Source of the DNA: a virus
Length of the DNA stretch: 64,000 nucleotides
Strand: one strand, 5' to 3'
Virus record (IMG/VR): IMGVR_UViG_3300044846_002555
Location: 64,001 to 128,000 of that record
The position numbers and the translations under genes were made by a program. Shown one piece after another: positions 43,279 to 52,916 of this stretch (positions are counted from its first letter, which is position 1; the number at the start of each line of letters is the position of its first letter). The notes beneath the pieces are model-generated. The model had not been told where the DNA came from, did no database searches, and worked only from the letters and a program-made list of their open reading frames with translations.

Positions 43279-44059
43279 GTCAATTATAAATTGGGTTAAA
43301 GAACATCCTGTAAGAGCAATGTTCTTAATCCCGATACTTTTAGTTGCGGGTATCTCAATATCTCACGTTGTGTCTTGGTACGACTTAACAAATCCAATTA
43401 GTTGGGCGATTTACCTATCAATAGCTATTGAAGTTGGTGCTATGACCGCATTGGTTGCTGCTACAAACAGAATTAAAGGTGGTGTATGGTTTATGTTTGG
43501 ATTAGTGACCTTTATACAAATGATTGGTAATATCTTCTTTTCATTTAAAGAAATTGATGTTAACGGAGATTTATTTAAATCTTGGGTTGAACTAACGTCA
43601 CCTGTTTGGGAAATGTTAGGGTCTGATATTAATGACGTGGTTTCACAAAAAAGATGGTTAGCGTTTTTAGGAGGAGGATTACTTCCAATTATTTCACTAA
43701 CATCATTACACTTTTTTGTAAAATATGACGAATTAACTAAAGAAGGTGACGACGAAGTTAAAACCGTTGAGGTTGAAGTCATTAAGGAAGTTGAAAAAAT
43801 TGTTGAAGTTCCGGTAGAAGTTATCAAGGAAGTTGAAAAAATAGTTGAGGTCATCAAAGAAGTTGAAGTCCCGGTAGAAGTTATCAAGGAAGTTGAAAAA
43901 ATAGTTGAGGTTGAGAAGATTGTTGAAGTACCTGTTGAGGTTGTTAAAGAGATTATAGTAACCAATCAACAACCAATGAATGTTAATTACGCGGACTCGA
44001 CAACTACAACAACAACCAATGATGGTCTTGTTAGATTAAGTTATGTAAAAAACACCTAA
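43271..44059 (+). CDS. multi-TM membrane protein with EKIVEVPVE repeat tail (possible holin-like)
   Basis: Four hydrophobic segments, then VEVPVEVIKEVEKIVEV repeats; directly upstream of the amidase-like gene. Confidence 0.55.
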   Translation: MIKSIINWVKEHPVRAMFLIPILLVAGISISHVVSWYDLTNPISWAIYLSIAIEVGAMTALVAATNRIKGGVWFMFGLVTFIQMIGNIFFSFKEIDVNGDLFKSWVELTSPVWEMLGSDINDVVSQKRWLAFLGGGLLPIISLTSLHFFVKYDELTKEGDDEVKTVEVEVIKEVEKIVEVPVEVIKEVEKIVEVIKEVEVPVEVIKEVEKIVEVEKIVEVPVEVVKEIIVTNQQPMNVNYADSTTTTTTNDGLVRLSYVKNT

Positions 44060-44090
44060 CATAATCAAATAAACTTTAAAGTTATAGATT

Positions 44091-44690
44091 ATGATAGACA
44101 TAATAGATGGTTTTAAACCATGTGGAAAACAAAAGAAAAAAAATCAAATAATCCTCACACATTCTTCAAGAAGTGTTGGGGATTATTTGCAATCATTAAA
44201 ACTTAGATTTAATGGTAAATTTAAACGAATACCTAATTACATCGTTACTCGAGATGGACAAATACTTCAATTATTAGGTAATAATGAACATTCAAATTAT
44301 TTTACTTCAGAGAACATAAATAGAAATTCTATCATCGTTTGTTTGGAAAATTTAGGGTGGTTAGAAAAAGAACCACTAACTAATCATTACGTTAACTGGA
44401 TTGGTGATATTTATAAAGGTAATGTGTTTGAAAAAAAATGGAGAGATTATTATTTTTGGCAACCTTACACATCCATTCAAGTTGAAAACACTTCTATTTT
44501 GTGTAGTGAGTTACTAAAAGAAATGAAAATTAAAAACCAAGTAATTGGACATAATACAAAAATAAATGGTATAGAAAGATATGACGGAATAGTTAGTAAA
44601 AGTAACTTTGACACTGATTATACAGATGTTAGTCCGGCATTTAATTTTGAAGAATTTTTAAAAAAAATAGAGCATGAGCAATTCACATGA
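44091..44690 (+). CDS. N-acetylmuramoyl-L-alanine amidase-like protein (Amidase_2 fold, degenerate)
   Basis: IILTHS, Y.VTRDGQILQL, NRNSIIVCLE, YT..Q, VIGHN, TDVSP. Confidence 0.6.
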   Translation: MIDIIDGFKPCGKQKKKNQIILTHSSRSVGDYLQSLKLRFNGKFKRIPNYIVTRDGQILQLLGNNEHSNYFTSENINRNSIIVCLENLGWLEKEPLTNHYVNWIGDIYKGNVFEKKWRDYYFWQPYTSIQVENTSILCSELLKEMKIKNQVIGHNTKINGIERYDGIVSKSNFDTDYTDVSPAFNFEEFLKKIEHEQFT

Positions 44691-45276
44691 TGAAATAAAA
44701 AGATTGGTAGAGGCATCTAGAAAGATGTTATCTAATAGTACAATTAACGAGGACATTAATCGTATTAGACAAAAACACGGTATCATAAACGAACAAGTCG
44801 ATTTAGCAGACGACAATGTTACCTCAAAATTAAATGTGACAAAAAATGTTGAGGATAAAATTGATGATGATACAGATAGTCCGGAAGATAAATCACAAGG
44901 ATATAGAGTTGTAGGTGGTATTATTGTCTTACACGGTAAAGATAATAATGATTTAGATTTAACCACAGATGAAAAGATTGCTTTCCAAGAAACAATGAAT
45001 GAATTTGTTGAGCAAGTTTCGGATTTAGTGGATTTCAATAAATTAAACGTATATCCAAATAACGTGGAGTGGTCAGGTAGAATTATTGATTTTGATTTGG
45101 ACTTCTTTTTTACTATTGGAGAAGAAAACGGTGTTTACATTAACGGTGAGATGTTAAAAACTGATGACGATTTTTTAGAAATGATTAATAAATTAAAAGT
45201 TTTCTACGAAAAATTTAAATCAAAATGGGCAAAAGTTTTAGCATCAAGAAAACAAACAAGTAATACTGAAGAGTAA
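44674..45276 (+). CDS. hypothetical protein (possible head-associated)
   Basis: 200 aa; TINEDINRIRQKHGIINEQ leader-type motifs. Confidence 0.5.
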   Translation: MSNSHDEIKRLVEASRKMLSNSTINEDINRIRQKHGIINEQVDLADDNVTSKLNVTKNVEDKIDDDTDSPEDKSQGYRVVGGIIVLHGKDNNDLDLTTDEKIAFQETMNEFVEQVSDLVDFNKLNVYPNNVEWSGRIIDFDLDFFFTIGEENGVYINGEMLKTDDDFLEMINKLKVFYEKFKSKWAKVLASRKQTSNTEE

Positions 45277-45635
45277 TGAAAAATATTGTAACTAATAACA
45301 AACAAAATATATTATTAATCATCGTTATTGTATTGGCGGCTTGGAACATATTCACTACCAATGGAATTAAAACAGATGTTAAATCATATAAAGATAAAAT
45401 AAATTCAATTCAAACTGAAATTGATTCGGCTAAAGCGATTAACGAAGGAATTGATGTTAAGATTGATTCAGTAAAAGGTAATGTGGTTAAAATTACAAAA
45501 GAAATTCATCACATAGATAATAACATAACAATAATTAAAAAACAAACAGATGAGAAAGTTAATAGTGTTGACACTCTTACTGCTAACGAGCTTGAGCAGT
45601 TTTTCACAAACAGATACGATAAAACCTCAAACTAA
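45276..45635 (+). CDS. N-terminally anchored coiled-coil protein (i-spanin-like)
   Basis: TM ILLIIVIVLAAW then periplasmic-type coiled coil. Confidence 0.45.
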   Translation: MKNIVTNNKQNILLIIVIVLAAWNIFTTNGIKTDVKSYKDKINSIQTEIDSAKAINEGIDVKIDSVKGNVVKITKEIHHIDNNITIIKKQTDEKVNSVDTLTANELEQFFTNRYDKTSN

Positions 45636-45996
45636 TATACCTACAACTCAAAGTGATACCACTAAGATTAGGTTAAAAGTTCCGGTTGCTAAGTTAGTTA
45701 TTAAGGATATTCTTAAAGGTGATGGGTGTCAGTTGGAATTGAAAGAAACGCAGGTGAAAGTTATTAAATTAGAGACTAGGGAAAAAGAGAAAGATTCCCA
45801 TATTGTTTTTCTTGAAGAAAAAGATAAGAATAATAATTTTATGTTAGGTAAAAAAGACGAACAATTAAAAGTTTCTGAAGACCTAACAAAAAGTTTACAT
45901 AAAGAATTAAAAGGACAAAGAACAAAAACTTTCTTATGGAAAGTTGGTACTTTCGCTGGTATATTGGCATCAACATATCTTATTATAACAAAATAG
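45550..45996 (+). CDS. secreted coiled-coil protein with C-terminal TM (spanin-like partner)
   Basis: Signal peptide MRKLIVLTLLLLTSLSSFS|Q, coiled coil, C-terminal hydrophobic helix; overlaps the upstream gene by 86 nt. Confidence 0.45.
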   Translation: MRKLIVLTLLLLTSLSSFSQTDTIKPQTNIPTTQSDTTKIRLKVPVAKLVIKDILKGDGCQLELKETQVKVIKLETREKEKDSHIVFLEEKDKNNNFMLGKKDEQLKVSEDLTKSLHKELKGQRTKTFLWKVGTFAGILASTYLIITK

Positions 45997-46003
45997 AATA
46001 ATT

Positions 46004-46885
46004 ATGAAAACTAAAGAAAGTATGTCAGCTGACTTAATAAATAAAGTTGAGGATGAAATGAGTAAAGCCGGAGTTTATAGTAAAGGTATTGAAGGGATGA
46101 TGGCAGTTAATGATTTTAAAAATTCATTAGGTGAGGAAAGTGAAATTGATGAAAAATGGTCAAAAAAATATAAAGACAGTATAGATTGTAAAAACCCTAA
46201 AGGTTTCTCACAAAAAGCTCATTGTCAAGGAAAAAATAAAAAAACTGAAACTGATGAATCAACTGGTTCAGGTTCTGCAGGTGGGTTTTCCGCTCCATTA
46301 TTCTCAACAACTAAACAAGAAATGCAAGAAAAATGTTGGCCGGGGTATCAACAAAAAGGTATGAAAAAAAAAGGTGGAAGGATGGTGCCTAATTGTGTGA
46401 ACGAAAGTAAAGAAGAGTATTGTGATTCTTGTGATAGAGTTAAATCTAAATGTGTTTGTGGTGAGAAAAAAACTAAAGAAAAAAAATATTTAGATATTGA
46501 AGATATGATTCCTGAATTAAGAAAACAACTTAATAAAGGGACTAGATTAGACAAAGACACAAAAAAAGTTGAAGCAACTGAAGCAACAGGTTCAGGGTCA
46601 TCAGGACAATATTCAACGACGGCAGCTTGGGCTAAATCAACAAATAAAAAAGATTGGATGGGTAAATCTAAACCTCAAATACCTGGTGGTAAATTTGTCC
46701 AAGTTAAGAAAAAATGTAAAAAATTCCCATACTGTAATCAAGGTGACATTAAAGCCCTTAAGATATATGAGAATGAGACGGTTAAGAAAGCTATTAAAAA
46801 TATTAGTGAAAAACACAATATTAGTGAGAATGTAATCAAATCAATTATTTCATATGAGTACGAAAAATTAAAATCAAATAAATAA
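46004..46885 (+). CDS. modular Lys/Cys-rich protein (putative internal head protein)
   Basis: Short modules WSKKYKDSIDCKNPKGFSQKAHC, KCWPGY..VPNCV, CDSCDR..CVC separated by xxE sites; duplicated E(S/A)TGSGS(A/S)G. Confidence 0.5.
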   Translation: MKTKESMSADLINKVEDEMSKAGVYSKGIEGMMAVNDFKNSLGEESEIDEKWSKKYKDSIDCKNPKGFSQKAHCQGKNKKTETDESTGSGSAGGFSAPLFSTTKQEMQEKCWPGYQQKGMKKKGGRMVPNCVNESKEEYCDSCDRVKSKCVCGEKKTKEKKYLDIEDMIPELRKQLNKGTRLDKDTKKVEATEATGSGSSGQYSTTAAWAKSTNKKDWMGKSKPQIPGGKFVQVKKKCKKFPYCNQGDIKALKIYENETVKKAIKNISEKHNISENVIKSIISYEYEKLKSNK

Positions 46886-46922
46886 AGTAAAAAACTAATA
46901 TATTTATAATAAAAAAACAACA

Positions 46923-48443
46923 ATGAAAAAATTAAATATAACTTATTTAGAAAAAATGATTTCTAAAGTATTGAAAGAAAACTTAGGTGAAAAGGCGGAA
47001 ACTTTAGTATCTAAAATTAAATCGTCTATTAAAGAAAATTCAGAAGTTTGTGAACAGTGTGGTGGTAATATGAATGAAGACGTTTGTGAACAGTGTGGTG
47101 GAAAAATGATGGATGAAGGGATTTATGATGTAGAAGACATCAATAATAAAGATGAATTTGATTATGTTCAAGAAGAAGAAGATATCGAAACAAATATGGA
47201 GAATGAGGAATCTTGTAAATACCATATGGATAACTTTGGTCCGGAGGATGAAAGAACTAAACAATTTTGTGGTGACTCAATGAATGAGGGGTTAAAAGGT
47301 CGTCAAAAAAAATTAGATAAAAACAAAAACAATAAAATTGATTCGGAGGACTTTAAACTTTTACGTAAAGAAAAAAAAGGAAATAGCATGAAATTTAAGG
47401 ATAGACATGGTATGGAAGAAGGTAAACATTTTGGTTCATTTGATGACAACGAATGGATAGATGATAAAGACAGAATTTTTAACAATGATTTTGACTTTGA
47501 TTATGATGAGGAAGAATTTAACGATTACCCATCATTCAAAGAAAAACATCCGGATTCTAAATGGTTTGGTGGTAAAGATTATTTTGACACTTACAAAAAA
47601 CATCACAACCGTCCATTAAAAGTTAGAAGTAGAAAATTTGAAACAGATGAAGGTAATGCGTTTTCAGGAGCTTTAGCTGACGCTAAAAAAAGTAGTAGAG
47701 ATTCTTTTGAAGTTGATGGTAAAAAATATCCGGTTAAAGAATCGGTTAGAATGACTGAAACTGAGTTAGTTAATTTGATTGAAAAAATTATTTCAGAACA
47801 AAAATCAACAGATGTTAAAGACCCTGCGGAGAAAAATAATCTAAAAACTATTGGAAGTGCACCAGGGTTAGACAAATACAAACAAGTCCATAAAAAAGAC
47901 GGTAAAGAAAATGAAGATAACCTTAAAGCTGTTGCTCAAAAAATGAAAGATTATTTGAAAGATGGGTCTAAAGGTGAATACGATACAAATCCAAAAATTT
48001 TCCCTAAAGGAAACGGGGAGTTAGCAAAAATGAGTAAGAAGGCGTATGTTCCATCAGGAGCGGTTGAAGATTATATTGATAACTTTACAGCGGCAGCTTT
48101 AGAGAATTTGGATTATGATGGTATAGAACCTAATGAAGAATGGGTGACTAATAACATAGAAGGTTCTTCAAAAACAGGTAATAATCCTGATTGGGCAAAC
48201 ACTGGCGAATCTGATGTTAATAAAAAACGTAATAAAATTAGAAAAGATAATTTATTAGGTAAACTTAAAAGAAAGGCTTATAACAAATCTCCTCAACCGG
48301 TTATCAATGATAAGTCGGGTGAAGATAAAGGAAGTGAGATTATGACTAAATTAGAATCGGTTAACGATAAAAAAACAAAACAAATTAATGAAGAGTTTGA
48401 CAGAATGAAATCTTTAATGGGTTACAATCAAAAAACTCAATAA
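46923..48443 (+). CDS. modular charged protein (putative internal head/scaffold protein)
   Basis: LEKMISKVLKE, MTETELVNLIEKIISEQ and INEEFDRMKSLMGY motifs, CEQCGG x2, EF-hand-like DKNKNNKIDSED; TATTTAT at 46901. Confidence 0.55.
   Translation: MKKLNITYLEKMISKVLKENLGEKAETLVSKIKSSIKENSEVCEQCGGNMNEDVCEQCGGKMMDEGIYDVEDINNKDEFDYVQEEEDIETNMENEESCKYHMDNFGPEDERTKQFCGDSMNEGLKGRQKKLDKNKNNKIDSEDFKLLRKEKKGNSMKFKDRHGMEEGKHFGSFDDNEWIDDKDRIFNNDFDFDYDEEEFNDYPSFKEKHPDSKWFGGKDYFDTYKKHHNRPLKVRSRKFETDEGNAFSGALADAKKSSRDSFEVDGKKYPVKESVRMTETELVNLIEKIISEQKSTDVKDPAEKNNLKTIGSAPGLDKYKQVHKKDGKENEDNLKAVAQKMKDYLKDGSKGEYDTNPKIFPKGNGELAKMSKKAYVPSGAVEDYIDNFTAAALENLDYDGIEPNEEWVTNNIEGSSKTGNNPDWANTGESDVNKKRNKIRKDNLLGKLKRKAYNKSPQPVINDKSGEDKGSEIMTKLESVNDKKTKQINEEFDRMKSLMGYNQKTQ
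47046..47101 (+). repeat. 20-bp direct repeat encoding VCEQCGG twice
   Basis: gtttgtgaacagtgtggtgg at 47046 and 47082. Confidence 0.9.
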
Positions 48444-48491
48444 TTTACAAACAAATTAAATCAATTATATTTTCTCCATAGACAAACATCT

Positions 48492-48959
48492 ATGGAGAAT
48501 TTTTTTAACTACATAACGAAACCATTAAAACCTGAAGATATTGATATATGGTTTAAGATGAATAATATAATTTCTGAAAAAATGGAATTATATTCTGACT
48601 TCTGCCATACATTATATATTTTAATATACGACACGTATTTAGGTCAAGATGATGTGTCCACCGAAACTAAAATTAAATTAACGGAAGATGATAATTTAAA
48701 ACACTTTGAATGGTGTTGGATGAAAGTCATAAATAATTTTGGTAAAGAAAATATTAACTTCAATAAAAAAGGTGACCATTTCGATTATTTTTATTCATTC
48801 TTCAGTGAAATATATTATCTCCAAGTTGAAGATAAAGTTAAAAACTCTATTAATAGTTTTTTTACAGACCTATTTAATACTAAAAAAACTTTCACAAAAT
48901 CAGATTTAGATATGGTTTTAACCATTTATAAAATATTAGACAAAAATCTTAAAAAATAA
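48492..48959 (+). CDS. hypothetical protein
   Basis: 155-aa aromatic-rich ORF. Confidence 0.55.
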   Translation: MENFFNYITKPLKPEDIDIWFKMNNIISEKMELYSDFCHTLYILIYDTYLGQDDVSTETKIKLTEDDNLKHFEWCWMKVINNFGKENINFNKKGDHFDYFYSFFSEIYYLQVEDKVKNSINSFFTDLFNTKKTFTKSDLDMVLTIYKILDKNLKK

Positions 48960-49041
48960 AAAAATCCTTTATAGTGTTTACTATAGGATAAAAAAAATTA
49001 TTTTATAAGTATTAAAAATAAATTAATTAACACAATTTGAA

Positions 49042-49218
49042 ATGGAAACATTAGAACAAATTAAATCTTTAACCGAAGAGTTATCAGTTGATACTTCAAA
49101 ATTTTTTGGAGGTAATAAAAGTGCAGGAACAAGAGCAAGAAAATCAGCACAAGATTTGAAAAAATTATTAGATAGCTTAAGAAAAGAGATTTTATCTGAA
49201 AGAAAAAAAGAAGAGTAA
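49042..49218 (+). CDS. histone H1-like (Hc1-family) nucleoid protein (58 aa, absent from ORF track)
   Basis: METLEQIKSLTEELSVDTSKFFGGNKSAGTRARKSAQDLKKLLDSLRKEI; GNKSAGTRARK is the Hc1-family hallmark; TAATG coupling. Confidence 0.8.
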   Translation: METLEQIKSLTEELSVDTSKFFGGNKSAGTRARKSAQDLKKLLDSLRKEILSERKKEE

Positions 49219-49406
49219 TGGATAGTATTGATACAATTTTTTTATTTGTATTTATCTTTTCAGTTTTAACCGTTTTTAGAACGGTTACTAGATTGGTAAG
49301 TTCCCTGTTCTCAAACCCACCAAAGAGATTCCAATGGAATAGAGGGGAACTTATTTATCTTGGATTGGCAATATCGTATTGTTTAACCTACATTATTAAA
49401 AATTAA
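49218..49406 (+). CDS. small two-TM membrane protein
   Basis: Two hydrophobic segments. Confidence 0.55.
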   Translation: MDSIDTIFLFVFIFSVLTVFRTVTRLVSSLFSNPPKRFQWNRGELIYLGLAISYCLTYIIKN

Positions 49407-49408
49407 TT

Positions 49409-49855
49409 ATGAGTTTGTATAAAGAATTTTCGGAATTATTACCGTACATTCAATCAGTAAGAAAGATTGAAAAATATTTATCGTTTGATATTAGTTTTCC
49501 AACATCGTGGAAACTACCTAAAAAATATGTCCAAGAAGATAAAGTAATGGAGCAGGAGAATAAAATACCTGGTAACCGTACATTTTCTTTTGTTGCGGAA
49601 ATTAACGAAAGTGATGTAGAACAAGTGACTGAAAATTTACAAAACATTATAAAATATAATCTTGAGAGAGAAGAAAAAGATAGATTATTTCAAAATAAAG
49701 TTGACGAGTTAAAATCTATTTTTGAAAAACAAAATTTAGAGAGTTTACAGAATTTAAAATTTGATTTAAAATCTAAAACATTAAGTAAATTAAAACTTGA
49801 CGATAATGAAGAAGAACTTACAACAACTAGAGTGGTTGCAGAACGAGATAATTAA
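49409..49855 (+). CDS. hypothetical protein
   Basis: 148-aa ORF in operon. Confidence 0.55.
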   Translation: MSLYKEFSELLPYIQSVRKIEKYLSFDISFPTSWKLPKKYVQEDKVMEQENKIPGNRTFSFVAEINESDVEQVTENLQNIIKYNLEREEKDRLFQNKVDELKSIFEKQNLESLQNLKFDLKSKTLSKLKLDDNEEELTTTRVVAERDN

Positions 49856-49991
49856 AGATAAAATTATTCTTGACCAAGAAAAGTCAAAATTAATCGATAA
49901 TATTAAAAAATTAAAAAAGGAAGATATTCTTCCAAAACCTCCGGAAAAATTAACATTATGGCAGAGAATCAAAAAAGTATTGATGGGATAA
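49806..49991 (+). CDS. small hypothetical protein
   Basis: MKKNLQQLEWL...LTLWQRIKKVLMG, bridges neighbours with overlaps. Confidence 0.45.
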   Translation: MKKNLQQLEWLQNEIIKDKIILDQEKSKLIDNIKKLKKEDILPKPPEKLTLWQRIKKVLMG

Positions 49992-50194
49992 TTGAAAAGT
50001 TAGCAATGATTGTTGACGCTGCAGATGAATTATTTCCCGATGGAAAAATGTTATTAGCGTTTGAATTAAAAGAAACTGAATTTAAAAAAGTTCAAGGAAA
50101 CTTTAGAGAAATCGATAAATCTTTTAAACAGTTTAAAATAGAAATGTCGGGTAATGATATTATGTTTTTGTTGGATGAGTCGTCGAATGTCTAA
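49958..50194 (+). CDS. hypothetical protein
   Basis: 78-aa ORF. Confidence 0.5.
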   Translation: MAENQKSIDGIIEKLAMIVDAADELFPDGKMLLAFELKETEFKKVQGNFREIDKSFKQFKIEMSGNDIMFLLDESSNV

Positions 50195-50801
50195 TTAAAT
50201 AATTTTTAGGAAATCCGTTTTCTTCTAATAAATTATATAGGTATTTTCTTTGTGAGGTACTATAATCTTTAACAAACATACAATCGTATCGTTTTTCATT
50301 TATGAAGTGTTCCGACACATTATCAATAAATCTTAAACTATCATCATCATTTTTAAATGTTAATAAATTAAATTTATCATCATTTTGAATGATGATTTTA
50401 TTATTTAATTTAGATATTAATTTAAGACCGTCTACTTTTAAATAAGTTTTTAATAATTCACCTAACCCTATTTTTTTATTTTTTGAATAATCTAAAAACA
50501 ATTCTTCAATTTTAAATTTCATAATTTTTAAAATTGTAAAGTCATCGTCATCTAAATTTACTTTAACTTTTCTCCCGTATTCGTCTTTCAAAAATATAGG
50601 TAAAAAAGTTCCCGATGTTTTTTCTAATAACGCTAATTCGTAACTACACTCCACACCATTTTCATATTTCTTATCAAATATAACTGAATCACTTTCATCC
50701 ATAAGTGAATCAAAATAATTATTTGCCCTTTTATGGGTTATAAATTTCTTGATTATTTTCTTTTTTGTTTTATTTTTAAACAATACTATCTGATAGTTCA
50801 T
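50160..50801 (-). CDS. hypothetical Lys-rich protein
   Basis: 213-aa ORF; minus-strand TATTTAT at 50817-50823. Confidence 0.55.
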   Translation of the reverse strand: MNYQIVLFKNKTKKKIIKKFITHKRANNYFDSLMDESDSVIFDKKYENGVECSYELALLEKTSGTFLPIFLKDEYGRKVKVNLDDDDFTILKIMKFKIEELFLDYSKNKKIGLGELLKTYLKVDGLKLISKLNNKIIIQNDDKFNLLTFKNDDDSLRFIDNVSEHFINEKRYDCMFVKDYSTSQRKYLYNLLEENGFPKNYLIRHSTTHPTKT

Positions 50802-50856
50802 ATTGGGTGTGTATTAATAAATAAGTTAGTTTTATATTAAATATAAGTAAATAAGT

Positions 50857-51774
50857 ATGGAGAATTTTTATCAAACACTAGGTGTAAATGAAAACGCAAC
50901 TCAAGATGAGATTAAGAAAGCATATCGTAAATTAGCGGTAGAACATCATCCGGACAAAGGTGGGAATGAAGATACTTTTAAAAAAATATCGCAAGCTTAT
51001 GATACCGTAGGTGACGAAAGTAAAAGAAAACAATACGATAACCAAAGAAGTAACCCATTTTCTAATATGGGTGGAGGAGGGTTTAATCCTTTTGAAGATA
51101 TGTTTCAAAATGGTTTTTACCAACAAAGAAGAAGAGCCGCTCCTGATAAAATTATTGAAGTTACCGTTGGTACAATACAATCTTATAATGGTTCAGAAAA
51201 AAGTTTTACGTATAATAGAAAACATAAATGTGAACCGTGTAATGGTAATGGTGGTGAAAGAATAAACTGTAATTCGTGTGGAGGTGAAGGATTTATTACA
51301 CAAAGAGTTGGTTCAGGATTATTTGTTCAACTTGTAAGACAAACTTGTAATTCGTGTGGTGGTAAAGGATTTTCGTATAAAACAGTTTGTGGTTCGTGTA
51401 ATGGTGAGACAACAGTAACTAAACCTGAGACAATTACTATTAAACTTCCTCACGGTATAGATGAAGGTCAATTTTTAAAACTACAGGGTAAAGGTGACTA
51501 TGTGAATGGTGTTTATGGTAATTTAGTTATCAAAGTTAAAGTAACGTCAGAAGATAATTTTGAAAAATCAGGTGATGATTTAATATATAATGCGTATTTT
51601 GATTTGAATACGATTAAGAATGAAAAGTTAGATATTAAACATCCAAAAGGTACGATGTCTATAAAATTACCTGAAGAGTTTGATACAGAAAAACCCCTTC
51701 GAGTAAAATCAAAAGGGTTTCATAATACGGGGGATTTATTTGTTAAGTTACACGTTAAATTTAAACGAACTTAA
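50857..51774 (+). CDS. dnaJ: DnaJ chaperone
   Basis: J domain with HPD, G/F region, four CxxCxG(xG) repeats, C-terminal domain. Confidence 0.95.
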   Translation: MENFYQTLGVNENATQDEIKKAYRKLAVEHHPDKGGNEDTFKKISQAYDTVGDESKRKQYDNQRSNPFSNMGGGGFNPFEDMFQNGFYQQRRRAAPDKIIEVTVGTIQSYNGSEKSFTYNRKHKCEPCNGNGGERINCNSCGGEGFITQRVGSGLFVQLVRQTCNSCGGKGFSYKTVCGSCNGETTVTKPETITIKLPHGIDEGQFLKLQGKGDYVNGVYGNLVIKVKVTSEDNFEKSGDDLIYNAYFDLNTIKNEKLDIKHPKGTMSIKLPEEFDTEKPLRVKSKGFHNTGDLFVKLHVKFKRT

Positions 51775-51974
51775 AAAAAATTAATTAGTTCTTTTACTAA
51801 TTTGATTGTACCGTAAATTGATGAGAATAAAACATATGTTGATATAATCACCATAACCCAATGTGATTTAGATAATGACTTACGTTTACATGTTTTACAT
51901 TCTTTTTTAGGTTGTTCAGGGGTGTCGTAGATAATATCCTTTTCTTCGATAATTTGTCCTTCAAGTTGTTCCAT
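51771..51974 (-). CDS. small CxxC membrane protein
   Basis: KECKTCK followed by a TM helix; TATTTAT at 51990-51996 (minus). Confidence 0.5.
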   Translation of the reverse strand: MEQLEGQIIEEKDIIYDTPEQPKKECKTCKRKSLSKSHWVMVIISTYVLFSSIYGTIKLVKELINFF

Positions 51975-52067
51975 AGTAATATATTTTAAATAAATATAAT
52001 AAAAAATATTTGAAAGAGAAACTTGCTTTTTAACTTTTTATTTCTTATACTTAAAAAAAAGAAAATT

Positions 52068-52916
52068 ATGGCATTATCGTACATCGGAGGTAAATCAAAA
52101 ATAGGTAAATGGATTGTTCCATTCATACCTCAAGATATTGAAACATACATTGAACCATTTTCAGGTATGTTTTGGGTATTTTTTAATATGGACTTAACAA
52201 AGTACCCAAACTTAAAGAACGTTGTTTACAACGACTTTAATCCACTAAACTACAATTTATTTCAATGTCTTCAGAATCCGGAAAGATTATTAGAAGAAGT
52301 GAATAATATTCCTTGTCAACAAAGGAATGAGTTTCCGACACCGGAGATATATAAAGAACAATTTATCAGGTTCCAAGCTGAAATATTTGAAACCAATTTC
52401 AGCGTACAAGCTTACGATTATGTGGTTGCTGCTAAATACGCTTATGTATTGGCTCAGGTATTCTCAGGGTCTAAACCTGAAACAAGTTCATTTATTGATT
52501 TGAAAGGTAAGTATAAATCAAAGTATCTTACATTCAGAGATAAATTATCTAAACCGGATTGGGTAGAACACTTTTTAAAAATTACTCACGTTGAGAATAT
52601 GGACTTCCAAGACGTTATCCAAAAATATGATGGACCATCAACATATGTTTATGCTGACCCCCCATATTGGAAGACAGAGAACTATTACAACAACCACGAC
52701 TTTGATAGTAAAGACCATGAGAGATTGGCGGATTGTCTAAAAGGTATTCAGGGTAAGTTTTCATTATCCTATTATGATTTCCCACAATTACATACTTGGT
52801 TTCCACCTCTTCAGTATGTTTGGGAGAAGAAAGAATTTGCTAAGGCGGCGGCTGCGAAGAAAGGTAAAACACAAAATATGGGGGAAGAACTCCTTATTAT
52901 GAATTACCAAAAATAA
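52068..52916 (+). CDS. Dam/D12-class N6-adenine DNA methyltransferase
   Basis: SYIGGKS, YIEPFSG, VVYND, YADPPY; start set at MALSY. Confidence 0.85.
   Translation: MALSYIGGKSKIGKWIVPFIPQDIETYIEPFSGMFWVFFNMDLTKYPNLKNVVYNDFNPLNYNLFQCLQNPERLLEEVNNIPCQQRNEFPTPEIYKEQFIRFQAEIFETNFSVQAYDYVVAAKYAYVLAQVFSGSKPETSSFIDLKGKYKSKYLTFRDKLSKPDWVEHFLKITHVENMDFQDVIQKYDGPSTYVYADPPYWKTENYYNNHDFDSKDHERLADCLKGIQGKFSLSYYDFPQLHTWFPPLQYVWEKKEFAKAAAAKKGKTQNMGEELLIMNYQK

Noticed and set aside
33778-43972. Antisense Ser/Thr-rich and Phe/Asn-rich ORFs (33778-34038, 33884-34108, 43411-43965, 43733-43972)
   Set aside because: Reverse-complement shadows of the VEVPVE repeats, with no independent expression signals
48960-49041. 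tRNA or structured ncRNA in intergenic gaps (also 21353-21430, 58283-58374, 63756-63832)
   Set aside because: Gaps are short and almost pure A/T, with no cloverleaf or T-loop motif; explained by promoters and terminators
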